A program made the translations under genes and the position numbers. This document shows positions 58,836 through 64,000 of a stretch of DNA of 64,000 bases, piece by piece (position 1 is the stretch's first letter; each line of letters starts with the position of its first letter). The notes beneath the pieces were generated by a model. The model was not told the DNA's origin, did no database searches, and saw only the letters and a program-made list of their open reading frames with translations. This DNA comes from Myxococcota bacterium (GTDB taxonomy: Bacteria; Myxococcota_A; UBA796; CAJQPC01). The stretch is taken from NCBI GenBank assembly GCA_036229005.1, contig JAZAMN010000049.1, forward strand, positions 1-64,000, in the 5' to 3' direction.

Positions 58836-59774
58836 ATGCTCCTGCCCCTCATCGCCGCCGCCACCGCGGCCGAGCCTGCCCACTACCACCCCGAGAACAT
58901 CGCCGCGCAGAGCCAGACCTTCGCGCGCTTTGCCCAGGTGGCCGGCCCCCGCTTCGAGGAGCTCCAGCAGCAGCTCGCCGGATCCGCGCGCGCCATCGAC
59001 CTGCTCGATACCTCGGTCAACCTGCTGGGGGACCGCGCCCCCGCGGAGCTCGTGGCCTACCGCGACGGCCTGCGCTCCGAGCTCGCCCGCGGCTACCTGG
59101 AGGCCCAGTCCCACGTCTCCTGGTTCGAGGAGGCCAGCTCCTCCGTCTTCCTCCAGGCCCTGGACCTGCAGCTCAAGTCCCTGGAGTCGGAGTACACCCT
59201 CACCCGCTGCAAGGCCCGCTCCGGCATCGGGGCCATCACCGGGCCCGGTGCCAGCCTCAAGTCCTGCGAGGGCACCGACCTGAACGCCCAGATCGCCGGC
59301 GCGCTCGACAGCTCACAGCAGCTCAGCGAGGTGGTGGATCAGCTCGTCGCAGAGCCTTGGCCCACCGTCGCAGTCCAGGGCACCGAGCAGCCCGTCGTGC
59401 CTTGGCTCGCCAGCGAGGACTACGTTCAGTTGGCCGTGCTCGAGCGCAAGCTGGCCGGCAAGGTCCAGCGCCTGAACGAGGCCCTGGACGATGACCTGGC
59501 CCCTCTGGAGGAGGCCCTGGCCGACACCAGCAGCGAAGCCGGCCAGCAGGCCCTCGCCGATGCCGAGGAGCTCCGAGGTGCCTACGAGGCCGAGGTGGCC
59601 CAGTGGGGAGCCACCCTGCTCGCGGCGCTCGAGAAGCCCCTCAAGAAGAAGAAGCTGCTGGTCGGCCTCTGCGCGAACCCCGAGGCCCTGGGTGGGTGTG
59701 TGGGCACGGACCGGACGGCCGATGTGATCGAGGCGGTCAAAGGCGACAAGAAGGTGCAGAAGGCGCTGCAGTAG
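58836..59774 (+). CDS. Hypothetical secreted helical protein
   Basis: Short signal peptide, host codon usage. Confidence 0.75.
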   Translation: MLLPLIAAATAAEPAHYHPENIAAQSQTFARFAQVAGPRFEELQQQLAGSARAIDLLDTSVNLLGDRAPAELVAYRDGLRSELARGYLEAQSHVSWFEEASSSVFLQALDLQLKSLESEYTLTRCKARSGIGAITGPGASLKSCEGTDLNAQIAGALDSSQQLSEVVDQLVAEPWPTVAVQGTEQPVVPWLASEDYVQLAVLERKLAGKVQRLNEALDDDLAPLEEALADTSSEAGQQALADAEELRGAYEAEVAQWGATLLAALEKPLKKKKLLVGLCANPEALGGCVGTDRTADVIEAVKGDKKVQKALQ

Positions 59775-59817
59775 GGTCCAGAGGGAGTGGTAGCCTCCTG
59801 AAAATCGGGAGCTCACC

Positions 59818-60348
59818 ATGATTCACGTCCTCTTCGCGGCCGGCTTGGCCTGCACTGCCCCCACCAGCGAGGACACCGAGCTCCCCTCCACCACGCAGGA
59901 CAGCGACACCGGCGAAGACCAGGTCGGCTTCCCGTTGCCCTGTCAGGACGACGACCCCGCGGCACCCTACGGCACCCTCTGCCCCAAGGGCTTCGCAGCC
60001 GAGGACGCGCTCGTGCTCTCAGTGTTCTCCGACGAGCCGTTGCAGGACGCCCGCTTCGACATCCAGCTCAGCGACTACCGGGGCGAATGGACCGCCAGCC
60101 TGGGCTCCGAGAGCATCGAGTCGGGGGACGGGATCCACACCGCGGGCTTCTGGATGCCGAACGCCATCCACACCGGAGGGACCCTGGACGTCGACATCGC
60201 GCTGGAGCTGCCCTCGGGTCCGGCCGACCTCTGCGACGCGGAGGCCTTCTACTGGAAGGTCGTGTGGCTGGACCAGCAGGAGATCCCGCACACGGAGTCC
60301 GCGGACTGTGCGCACTGGAGCGTCACCTGGACCAACTCAGGCGCTTGA
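59818..60348 (+). CDS. Hypothetical lipoprotein
   Basis: GLAC lipobox; TAGCCT and GGAG upstream. Confidence 0.7.
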   Translation: MIHVLFAAGLACTAPTSEDTELPSTTQDSDTGEDQVGFPLPCQDDDPAAPYGTLCPKGFAAEDALVLSVFSDEPLQDARFDIQLSDYRGEWTASLGSESIESGDGIHTAGFWMPNAIHTGGTLDVDIALELPSGPADLCDAEAFYWKVVWLDQQEIPHTESADCAHWSVTWTNSGA

Positions 60349-60351
60349 GGT

Positions 60352-61614
60352 TCACCCCAACAGATCCCGCGCCGCCCCCACCGTGAACAAACTCCCCGCG
60401 ACCACCACCAGCCCCGGCTCGCTCAGGGCCAGGGGCAGGGCCTCTTCGATGGGGCCCGCGGGCATCACGGGGATGTCCAGGTCCACAAGGTCCTGGGCCA
60501 GCTCGCCGGCCTTGCGGGCGCGGTCGTGGGCGCAGTGGGTGGTCAGGATGCGGCCGAACTGAGGGGCCAGGATGCTGGCGATGGCCCGCACATCCTTGTC
60601 GTCGCTCGCGCCCAGCAGCAGGGTGCGCGGCTGATCCCAGTCCATGGCGTCCAGGGCCGCGGCCAGGGCGGTCGCGCCAGCCGGGTTGTGCGCGCCGTCC
60701 ACCAGCACGCGCTCCCCCAGCCACTCCAGCCGGCCAGCGTGGCGCACCTGAGCCATGCCCTCGCGGATCGCGCCATCAGGCACCCGCAGCAAGGGCGGGA
60801 GCAGGGACAGCGCCCGGATGGCGACCGCCGCGTTGTCGAGCTGGTGGGCCCCCGCCAGGCCAACGGTGACCTCGCTGATGCCGCCGTCTGCCCAACCCAC
60901 GACGAAGTCCCCGTGGCTGCCCGAGGGGTGAAAGTCCTCCCCCAGGACATGCAGAGGCGCCCCTCGCTCCAGGGCCGTCAGCCGGATCACGCGCAGGGCC
61001 TCCTGGGGGAGACGCCCCACGACCACGGGCACGCCGGGCTGGATGATGCCCGCCTTCTCCCCCGCGATGGAGCCCAGATCGGGGCCCAGCCGGTCCTGGT
61101 GATCCAGGGCCACGGTGGTGATGACGGAGACCTGCGGGGTCATCACGTTGGTCGCGTCCAGGCGGCCGCCCAGCCCGACCTCGACCACGGAGAGATCCAG
61201 CTTGTTCCTGGCGAACGCCACAAAGCCCGCGACGGTGAGCAGCTCGAAGTAGGTGAGCGGCTGGCCCTCGGGCAGCTCGGGGCAGTGCTCGGCGGCCCAG
61301 CGCGTGGCGTCGGCGTGGATCTCCTCGAGCAGCTCGGTGAGCTCGGCGTCGGGGAGCGGCTGACCGGCCACGCGGATGCGCTCGTTGACCTCTTGCAGGT
61401 GCGGCGAGGTGAACAGCCCCACCCGCTTGTCCGCGGCGCTCTGGCAGGCGGCGATCATCGACCCCACGCTGCCCTTGCCGTTGGTCCCCCCCACGTGCAC
61501 CGAAGGCACCGCGTCCTGGGGGCTGCCCAGGTGCGTGAGCAGGTCCCGGACCCGCTCGATGCCCAACCTCACGCCAGCCTGGGCGGCGCGGTTCAGCAGG
61601 GGGTGGCTCCTCAC
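60352..61614 (-). CDS. folC: Folylpolyglutamate synthase / dihydrofolate synthase
   Basis: HVGGTNGKGS, TSPHL, EVGLGGRLDATN, DGAHN, AGSLF. Confidence 0.96.
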   Translation of the reverse strand: MRSHPLLNRAAQAGVRLGIERVRDLLTHLGSPQDAVPSVHVGGTNGKGSVGSMIAACQSAADKRVGLFTSPHLQEVNERIRVAGQPLPDAELTELLEEIHADATRWAAEHCPELPEGQPLTYFELLTVAGFVAFARNKLDLSVVEVGLGGRLDATNVMTPQVSVITTVALDHQDRLGPDLGSIAGEKAGIIQPGVPVVVGRLPQEALRVIRLTALERGAPLHVLGEDFHPSGSHGDFVVGWADGGISEVTVGLAGAHQLDNAAVAIRALSLLPPLLRVPDGAIREGMAQVRHAGRLEWLGERVLVDGAHNPAGATALAAALDAMDWDQPRTLLLGASDDKDVRAIASILAPQFGRILTTHCAHDRARKAGELAQDLVDLDIPVMPAGPIEEALPLALSEPGLVVVAGSLFTVGAARDLLG

Positions 61615-62504
61615 GCGGGGGCCGACTCGGCTTCTGGGGCCTGAGCGGGGGCCTGGCCCAGCATCCAGCGCAGGGTCAGGGCCAGCTCGCCGCGGAGCTG
61701 GTCGCGGGGCACGATGCGGTCGATCATGCCGTGGTCCAGCAGGTACTCGGCGGTCTGGAAGCCCTCGGGCAGGGTCTCGCCGATGGTCTGCTCGATCACG
61801 CGCTTGCCGGCGAAGCCGATCAGGGCCCGGGGCTCGCTGATGATCACATCGCCCAGCATCGCGAAGCTGGCCGCGACGCCGCCGGTGGTGGGATCGGCGA
61901 TGACGGAGATGTAGGGCATCCCGGCGTCATCCCGCAGCTTTGCGAGCGCGGCGCAGGTCTTGGCCATCTGCATCAGGGAGAGGATGCCCTCCTGCATGCG
62001 GGCGCCACCAGACGAGCTGATCACGATGGCCGGCACCTTGCGCTCGGCGGCCCGCTCGTAGATGCGGGTGATGCGCTCGCCCACGACGGAGCCCATGGAG
62101 CCGCCCATGAACGAGAAGTTGAACACGCCGATCTCGACGTCGATCCCCTCGATCTTTCCGGAGCCGCCGATGAAGGCGTCCAGCTCGCCGGTCTTGCGGC
62201 GGGAGGCGTCCAGGCGCTTGGGGTAGCTCTTGGAGTCCACAAAGCCCAGGGCGTCGGTGGCCTCCAGCCCGCCGTCCTGCTCGGTGAACGAGCCGGCGTC
62301 CAGCAGCAGATCCAGGCGCGCGCGGGCGCCCAGGCGGAAGTGGTGTCCACAGTGCAGGCAGGTGCTCAGGCGCTCAGCCAGCGCGGGCTTGTAGAGGACC
62401 TCGCCGCAGCCAGGGCAGCGCACCCAGAGGTCCTTGACCTCGCGCTTGCGTTGGCTGGGCTGCAGATCCTTGGGACCCTGCTCGAACCACTTGGTGTCGC
62501 TCAT
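61611..62504 (-). CDS. accD: Acetyl-CoA carboxylase carboxyltransferase beta subunit
   Basis: CPGC..CLHC Zn finger, FMGGSMGSVVGE, SGGARMQEG, PTTGGVAASFA. Confidence 0.97.
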   Translation of the reverse strand: MSDTKWFEQGPKDLQPSQRKREVKDLWVRCPGCGEVLYKPALAERLSTCLHCGHHFRLGARARLDLLLDAGSFTEQDGGLEATDALGFVDSKSYPKRLDASRRKTGELDAFIGGSGKIEGIDVEIGVFNFSFMGGSMGSVVGERITRIYERAAERKVPAIVISSSGGARMQEGILSLMQMAKTCAALAKLRDDAGMPYISVIADPTTGGVAASFAMLGDVIISEPRALIGFAGKRVIEQTIGETLPEGFQTAEYLLDHGMIDRIVPRDQLRGELALTLRWMLGQAPAQAPEAESAPA

Positions 62505-63409
62505 ACCTTCCTCTCGGACGCGGACCCGCCCCCTAACGCGGACAAGCGCAGGCTGTCCCCCTCCAGCGTCGCCGGCTGCCCCCAGACGAACGCGTGGTTG
62601 GCCGCCCCATGCCCCACCGGGAGCCCCGACAGCACAGGCACATCCAGGGGTTCCAGCAGCTCGGTCAACAGCTCGCGCAGGGTCCAGTGCTCCGGGGTGC
62701 GGGTCCCCACGAACTCCCCCAGCGCGACGCCGACGATGCCGTCCAGGGTGCCGCTCGCGGCGAGCTGGTGGAGCATGCGGTCCAGCTTGTAGGGGGGCTC
62801 GGCGATCTCCTCCAGCAGCAGGATGCAGCCCCGCAGGTCCGGCTGCAGGGGCGTCCCGGCGATGGAGGCCAGCATGCACAGGTTGCCGCCCACCAGGGGG
62901 CCCTGGGCGCTGCCGGGGATCCAGGACTCCCCGGTCCAGTCGGCCTCAGTCTGTCCTCGCAGGCACCGCAGAGCGCGATCGCGGGAGGCCTGGTCGGCGT
63001 GATCGGCGGTGGAGTGCAGCACTGGACCGTGCACACCTCCCCTCCCCTCCTTCCAGAGCGCCGCGTGCAGGGCGGTCCCGTCGGAGAAGCCGATCACCGG
63101 TCGATCGTCCAGCGGGGAAGGGAGCGGCTGGCAGATGCGCGCCAATCCATACCCACCGCGGGCCATCCAGGCGGCGTCCACATCCGGAGACTGGAGCGCC
63201 CAAGCGAGGTCTTCCTGGCGCTGACGGTCCGTGCCCGCCAGGTAGCGGTGGGTGCGGCCCAGGTTGGGAGCCCGCACCACGCGGTAGCCAGCGCCCTCCA
63301 GCCAGGCGATGCCGGCCTCCAGGCGCTGGGGATCGTAGGCCCCCGAGGGGGAGAACACGCCGACGCGGGCGCCGGGCTGGAGCGGCCGAGGGGGGATGAT
63401 GGCAGGCAT
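62501..63409 (-). CDS. LD-carboxypeptidase (peptidase S66)
   Basis: ARGGYG, GFSDGT, GGNL, LLEEIAE, PVGHG. Confidence 0.93.
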   Translation of the reverse strand: MPAIIPPRPLQPGARVGVFSPSGAYDPQRLEAGIAWLEGAGYRVVRAPNLGRTHRYLAGTDRQRQEDLAWALQSPDVDAAWMARGGYGLARICQPLPSPLDDRPVIGFSDGTALHAALWKEGRGGVHGPVLHSTADHADQASRDRALRCLRGQTEADWTGESWIPGSAQGPLVGGNLCMLASIAGTPLQPDLRGCILLLEEIAEPPYKLDRMLHQLAASGTLDGIVGVALGEFVGTRTPEHWTLRELLTELLEPLDVPVLSGLPVGHGAANHAFVWGQPATLEGDSLRLSALGGGSASERKV

Positions 63410-63431
63410 GGCGGGATGCTAACTTGGGGCC
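63410..63431. promoter_or_regulatory. Overlapping divergent -10 elements for two leaderless genes
   Basis: Plus TAACTT(63420-25)-N6-ATG; minus TAGCAT(63421-16)-N6-ATG. Confidence 0.6.
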
Positions 63432-64000
63432 ATGAAGCGCTACCTGACCTCCCTGTCCGGAAACTCCCAGAAGCTCGACGGGGGTGCGATGTTCGGCAAC
63501 GCGCCCAAGGCCCTGTGGACCCGCTGGGCCCGCGCGGACGAGCTCAACCGCATCGACCTGGCCTGCCGCTGCCTGCTCATCACCGAGCAGCCCGAGCAGG
63601 GGCCTCCGCGCCACATCCTGCTGGAGACCGGCATCGGGGCCTTCTTCGAGCCCAAGCTGGCCGAGCGTTTTGGCGTCCAGGAGAGCGAGCATGTGCTGCT
63701 CGGGGAGCTGGAGCGGGTGGGCCTCAGCCACCAGGACATCGACGTGGTCGTGCTCTCCCACCTGCACTTCGACCACGCCGGCGGCCTGCTGACGCCCTTC
63801 CAGGAGGGCCAGGAGTCCGAGCTGCTGTTCCCCAAGGCCACCTTTGTGGTCGGGCAGACCGCCTGGGAGCGCTCGCAGCACCCCCACCCGCGGGACCGCG
63901 CCAGCTTCATCCCCCGCATCCAGGCCCTGCTGGAGCAGAGCGGGCGCCTGGAGCTGGTGGACGGCGAGCACAGCCCCACCCTGGGCCCGGACTACCGCCT
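63432..64000 (+). CDS. MBL-fold metallo-hydrolase, 3'-partial
   Basis: [29 protein letters not shown]...[10 protein letters not shown]; runs off the window end (absent from the ORF track). Confidence 0.9.
   Translation, partial: MKRYLTSLSGNSQKLDGGAMFGNAPKALWTRWARADELNRIDLACRCLLITEQPEQGPPRHILLETGIGAFFEPKLAERFGVQESEHVLLGELERVGLSHQDIDVVVLSHLHFDHAGGLLTPFQEGQESELLFPKATFVVGQTAWERSQHPHPRDRASFIPRIQALLEQSGRLELVDGEHSPTLGPDYR

Overview
A very GC-rich bacterial chromosomal segment. The gene repertoire (DUF1552/DUF1592 pair, kinase-NTPase-TPR protein, many Asp-rich lipoproteins) suggests a Myxococcota-like organism, but that is inference. It holds about 59 protein-coding genes, including the housekeeping genes miaB, selO, aat, folC, accD and an ABC-F ATPase. 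I saw no rRNA, tRNA, CRISPR array or transposase. Most notable: (1) a divergent stand-alone EF-Tu paralog preceded by an apparent ribosome-dependent attenuator (promoter, leaderless 30-aa uORF, antiterminator segment, intrinsic terminator); (2) an interspersed non-coding repeat family, 8 copies in 3 intergenic clusters, built from a ~110-bp core plus heptamer arrays; (3) a lower-GC cassette bounded by a 28-bp direct repeat that duplicates a gene start; (4) a KS/CLF-like/ACP/acyl-ACP-reductase-like/methyltransferase lipid cluster; (5) recurrent leaderless TANNNT-N6/7-ATG starts and ultrashort lipoprotein signal peptides. All family assignments come from motif recognition by eye; no database searches were run.
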